From the NCBI RefSeq assembly GCF_006345805.1, contig NC_043001.1:70432001-70496000 (forward strand): a stretch of DNA of 64,000 nucleotides. Direction: 5' to 3'. The notes under the pieces were generated by a model. The model was not told where the DNA came from. It saw only the letters and a program-made list of their open reading frames with translations, and made no database searches. A program made the translations under genes and the position numbers. Of this stretch, positions 26,735 through 38,757 are shown piece after piece. The DNA comes from Octopus sinensis. Taxonomy: Eukaryota. How positions within the stretch are numbered: position 1 is the stretch's first letter; the number at the start of each line of letters is the position of its first letter.

Positions 26735-27060
26735 TCGGCATTACTCCATCAGTTACGACGACGAGGGTTCCAGTTGATCTGATCAACGGAGTAGCCTGAA
26801 ACGTCCAAGTGGTTGAGTACTCCAGACAAGCGTAGCCTTAACATAATTCTCAGTTAGATTTAGCGTGAAAACAGAGTGTGACAAGGTTGACTGTTCGAAA
26901 TATAGGTACTACACTACACTACTCAATGTTGCCAGCTGAATGGACAGGAGCAACGTGAAATAAAATATCTTGCTCAAGGACACAACGCGTAGCCGGAAAT
27001 TGAATTCACATCCTTACGATCGTAAAACGAATACCCAAAACACAAAGCCACGCGTCTTCA
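26735..27060 (-). mobile_element. SINE (family C-type head), decayed
   Basis: The minus strand has a tRNA-like head, a gtgtccttgagcaagata core, and a 3' end gatcaactggaaccctcgtcgtcgtaac. Similar head-containing copies lie at 29560-29720(-) and 46478-46700(+). Confidence 0.7.
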
Positions 27061-27239
27061 CCGACAGGGATTATAAATTAGATCTAACAGACATGATTTC
27101 ATGTTCGCTGATGAAATACTTGCTATAATTGAAACATAAATCTACCAGCAATTTCCATAATATATTCAAGGTTAGCCGTACATAGAGGATTTTATGCACT
27201 GAATTTTATGTTATATATTTATTATTTTTTTTTATTATA

Positions 27240-27616
27240 CTCTTGGCACAAGACCCGAAATTTTGGGGGTGAGGCCAGTCTATTAGATCGATCCTAGTGC
27301 GCAACTGGTAGTTAATTTATCGACACCAAAAGGATGAAAGGCAAATTCGAACTCGCCGGAATTTAAATCAGGAAGTAGATTGACGAAATACCTATTTCTT
27401 TACTACACACAAGGGGCTAAACACAGAGAGGACAAACAAGGACAGACAAACGGGTTAAGTAGGTTATATCGACCCCAGTGCATAACTGGTACTTATTTAA
27501 TCGACCCCGAAAGGATGAAAGGCAAAGTCGACCCCGGCGGAATTTGAACTCAGACCGTAGAGGCAGTCAAAATACTGCTAAGCATTTCGCCCGGCGTGCA
27601 AACAATTCTGCTAGTT
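27240..27616 (-). mobile_element. SINE family A
   Basis: Reverse complement of the family A consensus (cgccgggcgaaatgcttagc, gagttcaaattccgccg, gtcgactttgcctttcatcc). Confidence 0.85.
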
Positions 27617-27774
27617 TTATGGTTCAACATTGAAAACTTGGTAAGAAGGAAAAACTAACGTTCTCATCCCAGCTATTTTAATATGCTGCACTTTGTAATT
27701 GTTAAACGCCAAACCATAGTTTACGTTCGACCTGACACAGTTAAGGTGTCACTCAGTGGAAAAACACATTTCAC

Positions 27775-28170
27775 TCAAGGAAACAACACGTTCTCCGTGT
27801 AGGGATATTGGCTCATGCAGGAATGTTGCTGAATGTTGGCACATGCGTGAATGAGAGATGGTAGAAGAGGAAATTTACGACTTAAGACACTTGTAACTTT
27901 CATAAGAAGCAAGACGACAGGAGTAACAACTGTAGCAATTGCAGAAGAAGAGGAAGACGAGGAAGAGGAAGAAGAAGAGGAAGGAGGGAGAGGAGGAGGA
28001 GGGATGGGTGGTAGTGGTGGTGGTGGTGGTTTTGGTTTGGTGATGTTGAGAACGGTAATCATGGAGCTAATGGGACTGATAGTAGTCGCAGTAGTGACGA
28101 GGACAATTATTATGACGGTGGTTGCGATGATGATGACGACGACAACGACGATGATGATGACTGCGATGAT
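27775..28170. repeat. Low-complexity triplet repeat region (GAA/GGA/GGT/GAT/GAC)
   Basis: Imperfect trinucleotide runs; similar regions lie at 2570-2890 and 34200-34330. Confidence 0.85.
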
Positions 28171-29989
28171 TATAAACAATGGAGAGCGATGCAGAAACAA
28201 GTACAATAGACCAAAATTCAGTATATTAAGCATAGGATGGTGTTATCAGCGAAGTTGTAGAAATGCCTGTGCTTGTATGGTTTTCCCAAATTCAACCCAT
28301 CAAGATTATTGTGTCGGACAACTTGGCTGAACGGTAATTGTTGACATATGCTTAAAAGAAAATACCATTAGGTTGAATTTTACACGCCACTTTATTGTTA
28401 ATATAGTAGCATTATATATACACAGAAACATACGCATACACATTTCCAAATACACACATGCACCGATGTATAAATATGTATAAGTGCATTTATATATATA
28501 TATAGGTAAACAGTAAAAATAATTACAGACATGGACAAGAACATGAAACACCACAGAGACGACACAAGAACCACAGGACGGGACATTCGAAGCCCTCAGT
28601 CATCAGTCAAGAACCAGATCATCTTAGCAATTTCGGCTGATTGTATGTATGTATGTATGTATGTATGTATGTATGTATGTATGTATGTATGTATGTATGT
28701 ATGTATGTATGCACGCATGTTCATGCAGATTAGGTAGGCGCTGGCATGGCAGTGTGGATAAGTAGAAAGATTCACAACCATAAGGTTTTGGGTCCAGTTC
28801 CAGTACGTGAGCCATTGAGCTCTACTTTAAACCGAAGGCGGAATAATATCAATAAATTTCGTTGAGGGGAAACTGCGTAGAAGTTCGTCATATATATATT
28901 CGTATTAAATACCATTATATACTTACGTTATCTATGTTCAAATAAACAGGAAATATATGATATATAAATTTTCAGAAACACTCTAAAAAACAAAAAGAAA
29001 AGAAAAATATTTTTAGGTATTTCAGATACAGTGCATACTAATACGAGAGCTCTGCTTTACATTAAGCCAAACAATAAGGCGACGGGGCCAGACACACGAG
29101 CGGTTCTAACAGATACATGCCGTTGAAGCCACACATCGTTATATTCAGGTCCTTCATTACTTCTTTCACAGCGATGTAAAATACAATTCATCAGAATATA
29201 TTCAGTAGTGTTAGCTAGACTTGAATTTTACTATATATTCAGCTGCGTTTCCATTATTCGTTATACGGTCTTTCTGCGACAATAAAAGAATATTCATTCT
29301 CACGTATTTGAAACACTTCAAGATACAAAACCAGTAACTAACAACACTATACGCTATTATTTATAGCCTTACATGTAATTCGAGGTCCACTTAGGAAAAG
29401 GATTGGGTTATATATAAATATATATGAATATATTTAATTTTGATTTGATGGTAGTCTCTCGTTGTCCGAGAAAGATGGTTCTACAATTTTTTTCTGAACA
29501 AACCTTCACAACTGATTTGTTTGTTGTTATTGGATGTTTGTGTAGTACATTAGATCTAAAGGCACAGTGTACCACAGGTTTGCTGAGGAAGGGATCACAG
29601 ATCAATACGAGATGAAGTGTTTCGCTCAGGATCACGACACCCCGCCCCCGAGCAGAAACTGAATCCTCAATCTAGTGATCGCTAGTGCAAACCCCTAACC
29701 ACTTGGTCATGCGCTCTCATGCGCACACACGCGCATGTATGTTGTTTAAAACAGTTCCTTCCGACGTAAAATTTTCGCAGGTCCCTAACAGGAACTCATC
29801 TCTTTCCTGAAAGTGACGGGCAACTGTTAAAGGCCTGCAAAATTTTAAGTCGTATAGAACGGATTCAAACTCGTTTAAATAATACATGTATCTCTTTCTA
29901 TATATGATGAATGTTCCTTTTTTCGTTTTTCATTTCAATCGTGTATATATATATACATATCAGGAAATCATATATACTCCTGATATATA

Positions 29990-30292
29990 TATCAGAAAGA
30001 AGTCCGGTGTGAGGGATGTCATAGCAGAGTATACACGCAGCAAGTTTAGATGGGCTGGACACGTTGTCCGGCTCACCGATAATCGATGGACCCGTACAGT
30101 TGTCGAGTGGTACCCGCGCGAGTGGAAACGACCACCCGGATGGCCTCCACGACGGTGGAGTTACGATTTCAGGAGGACGATTAGGATCACGTGGATGAGA
30201 AAGGTGCGATCCAGAGAGGAGTGGACAGCGTGCTGTGACCAGTGGTGTCAAATGGACTCCCGACGGACTGGTCGGTCAAGGTGATCAAGGTG

Positions 30293-30294
<2 letters not shown>
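29990..30294 (+). mobile_element. RTE-clade LINE 3' fragment
   Basis: IRKKSGVRDVI...KFRWAGHVVRLTDNRWT...EWYPREWKRPPGWPPRRW is the typical RTE C-terminus. It ends in a short tandem repeat, (TCAAGGTGA)x2. Confidence 0.88.
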
Positions 30295-30376
<82 letters not shown>

Positions 30377-30486
30377 TGTATGCATGTATGTATGTATGCA
30401 TGTATGTATGTATATATATATGTGTGTGTGTGTGTGTGGTGTGTGTGTGTGTGTGTGTGTACGTATGTATATATATATATATGTAT

Positions 30487-31157
30487 ATGGTAAATGTTTT
30501 TCATTTCAAAATTTATTCCTGTCGAATTTTATCCGTTATTTTTGTGGTTTACAGAACCTAGCTGTTCTTTCTAATGTGTTGACTTCACGATAAAGTGGAT
30601 TCCTTATGTGTATAAATATACACTATATCGTATGACTAATATATAGTCTTCTTGACTAATTTTTTTTGCGCGTTAGACCACTGGAAATGTAAATTTTGAT
30701 TGAGTATTTTAATTTTAATTAAATTCCATTTCCCTTCGATATGATTAAATGCTATAAGTTTTTGGATAATTTTCGGTTAAAAGTTGGCGGTTTTTCATTG
30801 TAGCCAGCGAATGGACTGCGTCTGCGCAGTAAAATTTGAAAAGTTAGTTCGTATGAACACGAGACAAGTAGTTTTGTTTGTCTCCGGTTGGATATGTTTA
30901 ACCCTGGGTTGGACTTTGCTGAAGAAAATCAGACCTTGAGAGTTCCCCCTGGCTCGCTAAAACGTGATCAGAAACCAATTGGTTCAGAATACTAGATGGT
31001 AAATGTTTTTCATTTCCAAATTTATTCCTGTCGAATTTTATCCGTTATTTTTGTGGTTTACAGAACCTAGCTGTTCTTTCTAATGTGTTGACTTCACGTT
31101 AAAGTGTATAAATATACACTATATCGTATGACTAATATATAGTCTTCTTGACTAATT
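30487..31157 (+). mobile_element. Retrozyme/PLE pseudo-LTR-like element: 509-bp unit with about 170-bp direct repeats and a degenerate hammerhead
   Basis: 30487-30660 matches 30996-31157 apart from a few substitutions and a 13-bp deletion. A hammerhead-like motif lies immediately upstream of the second repeat. Confidence 0.6.
30913..30990 (+). ncRNA. Degenerate type I hammerhead ribozyme motif
   Basis: ACUUUG-CUGAAGA-AAAUCAG...GUGAUCA-GAAA-CCAAUUGG-UU-CAGAAU. Palindromic helix III, 4-bp helix I (UUUG/CAGA with one G-U pair), helix II reduced to AUCA/UGAU. Confidence 0.5.
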
Positions 31158-31887
31158 GTTTATGTGTGTATTATATATATTTTTGTATATATGCATGTGC
31201 ATATTATATATATATATGTGTGTAAGTATGTATATGTACACATACATACCTACTTACATATATGGAGCGATATAGATATACGCGCTTATATACATATACA
31301 CACATGTACAAATACTTGTATCTTATGCATACCTATCTATCTATCTATACAAATCCATATTTATATATGTGAGTTTATGCTTGTGCGTCTGTGTTTGTGT
31401 GTGTGAGAGAGGGGGTGAGGGATGTGTGCGTGCGTACAGCAATAGGAAGATAAGTAAATCGTCAATGAAAGATACTGTTTTTCTTGTGATCGGTACACAT
31501 GCATGTGCATGCGTATATTTCCATCACCATAATTTCCTGTACTTGTGGCCGTATACTCGAATTAAATTTTGGTGTTGGATTATATATAAGTAGTATTTCG
31601 TTAGAACGTTTTAACTTGACCAATCAAGAATAACATTCTGAAGTTATGCAGATAGGTTCCAAGGAATATTTGACCTTCTTCCTAATCCCTGCTATTGTAC
31701 AGAATTTCCATACTTCGAAATGCCATCTTCAATTGTATAGATCTTCTACTGTTACACAAGACACTTTCTGCATGGTTTACATCAAGGCTCTACATCAAAT
31801 GGAAGCCCCAGTCTTCATGCTAAAGATTTGCGTTCAGTTAGATGACTTCTAATGAGGTTTACCAAATGTACAAGAATACATATCATC

Positions 31888-31937
<50 letters not shown>

Positions 31938-32048
31938 TTCTTTCTCTCTCTCTCTTTTCTTTCTCTCTCCCATTCTCTCTCAATCACTCTAAGTATGTGT
32001 GTGTGTGAGTGTGCAGATGGATATACATACTTGCATACATCCATACAG

Positions 32049-32112
<64 letters not shown>

Positions 32113-32117
32113 GGATG

Positions 32118-32182
<65 letters not shown>

Positions 32183-32821
32183 AGCACGAATGAAAACGCA
32201 CTTTATATAACTATGTGCCAGCTGCTTGTTATCCCTGTATGCGTGTATGTGTATATGAGTGTGTATGTATGTTATTCCTTTACATGTTCATAAGTAAAAT
32301 GTCAAGATGTTATCACGTGATTCAATTTTTCCCACTCGTTTCATCTAATATTCATTGTCTCCAATATCTAAATGTATTTCTTCATTAGAAAATGAATGTT
32401 TAGTGCGCTATTGGGAAGTATAGATGAATCAGTTCGATACAACCTAAGTTAGAAAGTAAAGGTAGCAAACAAATATATGTGCACCATTTTGTTGCAGCGG
32501 GAATAATTTTCTCTTAAGCTAGAGTACCTGCATGATTACATCTGATGATAATACAAGAGCATGCTTCTTAAATTGGATTATAAGTTTAGAATCTTGGAGT
32601 TTGAGATTTGACATCGTTCATTTTCGTACATCAAAATCATTTTTGAAAAATATTTAAGGTCTGGGGAAAAAGATTGAAAACAATGTCCTCATTGTTTTTC
32701 TTATTCTGTTAGTGCTTTTTTTTAAAACTGAAAATAGCGTTTGAGTATTATCTCCCTTAAACATGAATTTTGATATAAACACATTGGGCGTGCTATGATA
32801 TCACATTAGATATATTAACTT

Positions 32822-33236
32822 CTTATTTCTTTATTGCCCACAGGGGGCTAAACATAGAGAGGACTGACAAGGACAGACAAAGGGATTAAGTCGATTACAT
32901 CAACCCCGGTGCGTAACTGGTACTTATTCAATCGAACTGAAATAATGAAAGGCTAAGTCGACCTCGGCGGAATTTGAACTCAGTAGTAGCAGATGAAATA
33001 CCTATTTCTTTACTACCCACAAGGGGCTAAACACAGAGGGGGACAAACAAGGACAGACAAACGGATTAAGTCGATTACATCGACCCCAGTGCGTAACTGG
33101 TACTTAATTGATCGACCCCGAAAGGATGACAGCCAAAGTCGACCACGGCGGAATTTGAACTCAGAACGTAACGGCAGACGAAATACCGCAAAGCATTTCG
33201 CCCGGCGTGCTACCGTTTCTGCCAGCTCGCTGCCTT
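32822..33236 (-). mobile_element. SINE family A, full length with internally duplicated core
   Basis: Minus-strand head aaggcagcgagctggcagaa, B-box-like gagttcaaattcc, and two copies of the roughly 165-bp core-plus-linker. Confidence 0.9.
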
Positions 33237-34374
33237 TTAACCTTCATGGCAACCGAACACGTTAAATAAATAGAGTGCATTAACAAAAACGAAGGACAGA
33301 TAGATCAATGTAAAATACAGAGACTATGACTCAAGACCTAAATTAAACAAGAGGAGAGGAACGGTGGTAGCGCGAGAAGATGTGGGAGAAAATTAGGATA
33401 ACAGAAAGACGGGTGAAAATAAACGCTAGCAATTTATCTCAACTCATAATTCATTACTTGTATTCGATAGAAAATCGGTCATGAATTTAATATATGAATT
33501 TTGTACTTGCTTTAATTAAATATTTTCAGCAGAAGCCATCAAACGACAGTTTACACTTATGAGTAATATATAGCTTAGTTTAATAGAGAATATGAGTGTT
33601 TAGCATTCGGATGAACAGAAAGCATTTCTAAATATCTAATAATGCAAAGATAGTAACAAGATATAGAGGCAAGTACATAAGTGCGAGGGATACACAGCTC
33701 ATATTCGCGGCCGTTTATCTCAATAAATAGAACTATTTACTATAATGTCTCTAAAATAAATATGTCATTATTTCGCATATATGGGTATACATAAGTCCGT
33801 TATTTTACAATATCTGAAATGCTGAGAGAGTTGAAGAAATAGTGTTAGCTTGCATAAATGAATTGTCTATCGTCAGGCACATTCTCAGCGGCTGTACTAA
33901 GTTTTATTTTCGCGTAACCAAAGCGGGTAGAATAAAAACTTAATCATAAAAAAATAACAAAATACTAGCGGCTTTCTTTCAATTCATAATTTACTAGCCA
34001 ATGGTGAAATATGTTATAAACCCGGTAGAAAACCTAATGTATTCATTTTCTAGCTGCTCAGGTCACCTCTCTCTCTCTCTCTTTCTCCACCAAATGATGT
34101 TTTATATTTAGTTCTTCAAGACAATCACAAACCGATTAAGATTTTAAAAATGCCATGATTTTATCCCTTTCATCTCATCCTATCGCTTTCATTTTTCTAC
34201 TCCTACTCCTCACCGTCATCATCGTCGCCATCGTCGTCATCGTCTTCGTCGTCGTCATCATCATCATCATCTTCGTCGTCGTCGTCGTTATCATCATCAT
34301 GATTTTCATTTTCATAATCAGCGATGACAACAATATTCTCATTAACGATGACATTTTGAGCTGAACCTCTTGTA

Positions 34375-35649
34375 TTGTGTTGTCCGGAAAGTTCGTGCTG
34401 ATTTATAGTAGCTTACCTTTCGACTTATTTTAAAACATGGTTGAGTCCATAAAATAGGATTTAACTACACCTTCATTTAGAGTACAGTTTAAGCTATCTT
34501 TTCGTGGAAGAAGGTTTATGTTCCTATAACCTGTGTTTATTCTGTAATCCTTTAAAATGGAAGAGAAAAAAGTTCATTTTCGGCACTTGATGCTTCTCTT
34601 TTTCTGTAAAGGGAAAAATACCTCACAAGCAACCAAAGAAATATGCGCAGTTTACGGCGATGCTTCTTTACCCGAAAGAACTATACGGAAGTTGTTCGCA
34701 AGGTTCCGAGCTGGAAATTGTAGCCCTATTCATATACAGCGATCAGCCAGACCATCTACTACAGATGATAACCAAATCAAGTCATTAATTGAAAACAACC
34801 CACATTGCACACCCTAGAATTCGTGGAAACCCTCAGCCTATCAACATCCGTCTTTCACGAGCACCTGGTAAAACTTGGGTACACAAATCGCTACGATGTT
34901 TGGGTACCACATGAGTTGAGTGAGAAGAACCTTTCGGATAGCATTTGCATCTGTGATTCGCTTTATAAACGGAATGAAAACGCGCCTTTTTTAAAGCAAA
35001 TTATACTGGTAATGAGAAATGGATTATCTACCGAAATGTACAGAGAAAGCGAACCTGGAGTAAGCGACATGAACCACACTTAGCCACCCCAAAAGGGGTT
35101 CTTTATCTTTAAATAGTCTTGCTTTGTACCTGATGGGATTGGAAAGGAATTTTGTACTATGAGCTTCTCCCAAGTAACCAGACAATTAATTCTGAGAAAT
35201 ACTGAACACAACTGGACGAGTTAAAAGCAGCAATTCAAGAGAAACGTCCAGAATTGGCCAACAGGATGTTTCCCAACATGATAATGCAAGACGGCACCTT
35301 TTTTTGGGAACCAGACAAAAATTTCTGCAGCTTGGCTGGGATGTGTTACCTCATCCTCCATATTCACCAGATATTGCTCCTTCGGAATTACATTTATTTA
35401 GTTCTCTGGAGAATAGTATTAATGGTAAAAATTTCAATTCCTTGGATGACGTAAAAAGATACCTTGATGAATTATTTGCCATGGAACCACCTCAATTCTG
35501 GGAAGAGGGTATTTTCAAGTTAAAGGAAAGATGGAGACGCATTGTGCAACAAAATGGTTCATATTTGGTTGATTAAAAATGTAATGGCAAGTATTTATTG
35601 ACCTTTTTCTTTCCTTTAAAAATCGGCACGAACTTTCCGGACAACCCAA
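34375..35649 (+). mobile_element. Full-length mariner transposon, mellifera-like (1275 bp), inactivated
   Basis: 30-bp TIRs TTG(T/G)GTTGTCCGGAAAGTTCGTGC(T/C)GATTT with 2 mismatches; TA duplication at 34373-34374 and 35650-35651; transposase motifs WVPHEL, TG(N)EKW, HDNAR and YSPDIAPS(E). Confidence 0.95.
34557..35576 (+). pseudogene. Mariner D,D34D transposase pseudogene
   Basis: MEEKKVHFRHLMLLFF...KN...A...ICAVYG start, then frameshifts and stops. The first catalytic D reads as N and the third as E. Confidence 0.92.
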
Positions 35650-36324
35650 TATATTGCATTATATTTATATCATATTATATTCAAATAATTTAATATAATG
35701 TAATGTAATAGAATAGAATAGAGTATTTATATTATATTATATTATATTATATCATGAATAATTATTTATAGTGTATTCATATTTTTATTATTGAAACAAT
35801 AGAAGCAATATTAAAGAAACACTAGAAGCCATTTGGAAAACAAAGCAAAAAAAATTAAACGAAACGCCTGAGTAAAGAGAACAACCTGCTACACCCCCAA
35901 GAGACTGTTTAATCTGAATTAGAGTTAAAAGGCAAAATGGTTTAAAAGAAACATCAAAAGCTTTTACAAATCCTACTGAACGAGAGTCGTTATGAAAGAA
36001 AATTGCTCAGTGGATATAAACGTCGCCAAAGTCAATGAAGCAACGCTATGAAGCTATAAAATTCAAATCAAATACAATGACTCTAGAGAGGAGATATATT
36101 CTTGGCTTTCTCGGTCACAATGGAAAGTAAACCACATTAGATGCGTTAATATACAACTTGTTTTCGTTATCCAGAATTATTAAAATGAAATATAGAATGT
36201 AAATAATTCGAATTTGTAAAAATCTTGGAATCTTCTTTATTAAAAGCCGTGTAGTATGTGCGTTTATATATGCATGCATGTAAGCATTTATGTATGTAGG
36301 TACATGTGTCTGTGAGTATGTATG

Positions 36325-37005
<681 letters not shown>

Positions 37006-37919
37006 TATATATATATAATTAAGATTCATTTGAATTAGGTACTTAAACTGAGATACCAAACTAGTTCGGTATAGTTAGTACAGCTGACTATAGGTGGACA
37101 GAATGTTAATAAGCAACAATGATGTCCTGATATCAATACATTTCCACCCTTAGAGCTTATATTATCGCTTTTATTTTTCATTATATTCCCCTTTTATTTC
37201 ATAATCTAAATAAGTATTGGCTACTCCTATCTTTCCTTCTGCTAGTTATCACCGCTTCACCATCAGTCATTTTCTTACTGGCAGCTCTGAAACACATCCT
37301 GTTATGTAGATAAAGTTAGATATATGGTTCCAGTAAAGTAAGAGTCTGGGAGAATGTCTGACATTAATTGATTAATCACCATCAACTAGAACGCAGTTGA
37401 CAACTCCTAATGGATTTAATTTTAAATGGCTGTAGACTACATGTTGCATAAAATCTTCTAAATATAAATATCTATCTCACCACTCCAATATCTCGACCCC
37501 CACTACTTTACTTCGCTACTCTCTAAATTATAGTACGCTTAATAAGGTATCTCTTTTACTCTTTTACTCTTTTACTCTTTTACTTGTTTCAGTCATTTGA
37601 CTGCGGCCATGCTGGAGCACAGCCTTGCATTATTTTTCTAAACTAATGCTTCCACAAATATGACACAAGGAAACAATGTAATTATTTTGGTTTCTAGTAT
37701 TGATATAAATTTGTTAAAAATGGTTTATCCTTTATGTTGGAAATCCACGTCTGTGGAGATCAATGTCTTTCAAATTGATGCGATGTTTTCATTGATCGAT
37801 TAAATGGAGCCGCTCGAAATGGCCATAATGTATTGATACCTGGACATCCTTGTTACTTATTTATATTTAATATATATATATAAATGGAGCTGAACGCTGA
37901 TGTTATTCAAATTGTTTTA

Positions 37920-38005
37920 CTTTCGACATATGTTTCGAAGATAACATTGGTTTTATTCCAAAGGAATAAACAGTGTAAAGTAATGTAATCTTCTCATCAG
38001 GAAAG
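37920..38005 (-). ncRNA. Type I hammerhead ribozyme, apparently intact
   Basis: Minus strand: CUUUC-CUGAUGA-GAAGAUUACAUU...AAUGUUAUCUUC-GAAA-CAUAUG-UC-GAAAG. Helix I 5 bp, helix II 11 of 12 pairs with a nested UUUAUUCC/GGAAUAAA hairpin, palindromic helix III, GUC site. Confidence 0.88.
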
Positions 38006-38239
38006 AAAGAGAACCTATCTCAACAAGACATTATAACAATTTTGATGATTGCATAAATGTTAGTAGATTCGACGTCAAAGGCAGACCCTAGAAAGAGAAG
38101 GGGTAAGGAAATAATAAGTAGAGAACAAATAAAGAGGGATATATTGGTTGAAAAAATGTTCAAAGTCTTGGAAGTAGATTTCTCTACTGAAGTAAAGTGC
38201 AAGGTGAACTAAATGTTCAAACTATAAAGACTGGTAAAA

Positions 38240-38515
38240 TCACTTATATGAGCTAAAGGTATGTTTCTGCCAGTGCTTACATTTGTAACATCGCTCTATA
38301 AGTGTGTTAACAAGGTGATTCTTAGAGAAGCGTGTATGGAAGAGTTCATAGCTTCAAATGTTACAAAATCCTTTGCCCTTGTCTTAAGGGAAAGATATGG
38401 ACAGGATGAAGCAATCTAACTTAAAATCCTTATTGTTGTCTTTAAGATACCAAACCAATTTACTTAGTCCTGTGCTATAACGTTTACTGCTATCCCTAAA
38501 TGAAGAATAATGATG
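38240..38515 (-). pseudogene. Penelope GIY-YIG endonuclease C-terminal fragment
   Basis: HYSSFRDSSKRYSTGLSKLVWYLKDNNKDF...FCNI*...NHLVNT...KCKH...SSYK* aligns by eye with the PLE pattern SF...KR.ST.LSK.IW.LK....C.LC..EK...LLN....KC.H; it has in-frame stops. Confidence 0.8.
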
Positions 38516-38557
38516 TATATATATATATATTGAATATAAATAAGTAACAAGGATGTC

Positions 38558-38757
38558 CGGGACAAACAAAGACATACAAAATTATTAAGTCAATTACATC
38601 ATCATCCCCCAGTGCGTAACTGGTACTTATTTAATCGACTCCGAAAAGAAGAAAGGCAAAGTCGACCTCGGCGGAATTTGAACTCAGAACGTAACGGCAG
38701 ACGAAGTACTGCTAAGCAATTCGCCCGACGTGCTAACGATTCTGCCAGCTCGCTGCC
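38558..38757 (-). mobile_element. SINE family A, 5' part
   Basis: Reverse complement of the head ggcagcgagctggcagaatcgttagcacgtcgggcg and the core. Confidence 0.85.

Larger units (their letters stand above)
37700..38558 (-). mobile_element. Penelope-like retroelement 3' remnant (GIY-YIG endonuclease end, pseudo-LTR with hammerhead, inverted 5' fragment)
   Basis: See the endonuclease and hammerhead entries. 37842-37882 is the reverse complement of about 38517-38558 (1 mismatch). A possible decayed FNRSMK-N-I ORF start lies near 37800. Confidence 0.8.

Noticed and set aside
27108-27142. CTGATGA...GAAA...TC hammerhead-like string
   Set aside because: Helix I does not pair and helices II and III are too weak.
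27851-28330. 159-aa Glu/Gly-rich ORF
   Set aside because: Built from imperfect triplet repeats, with no recognisable domain or splice support.
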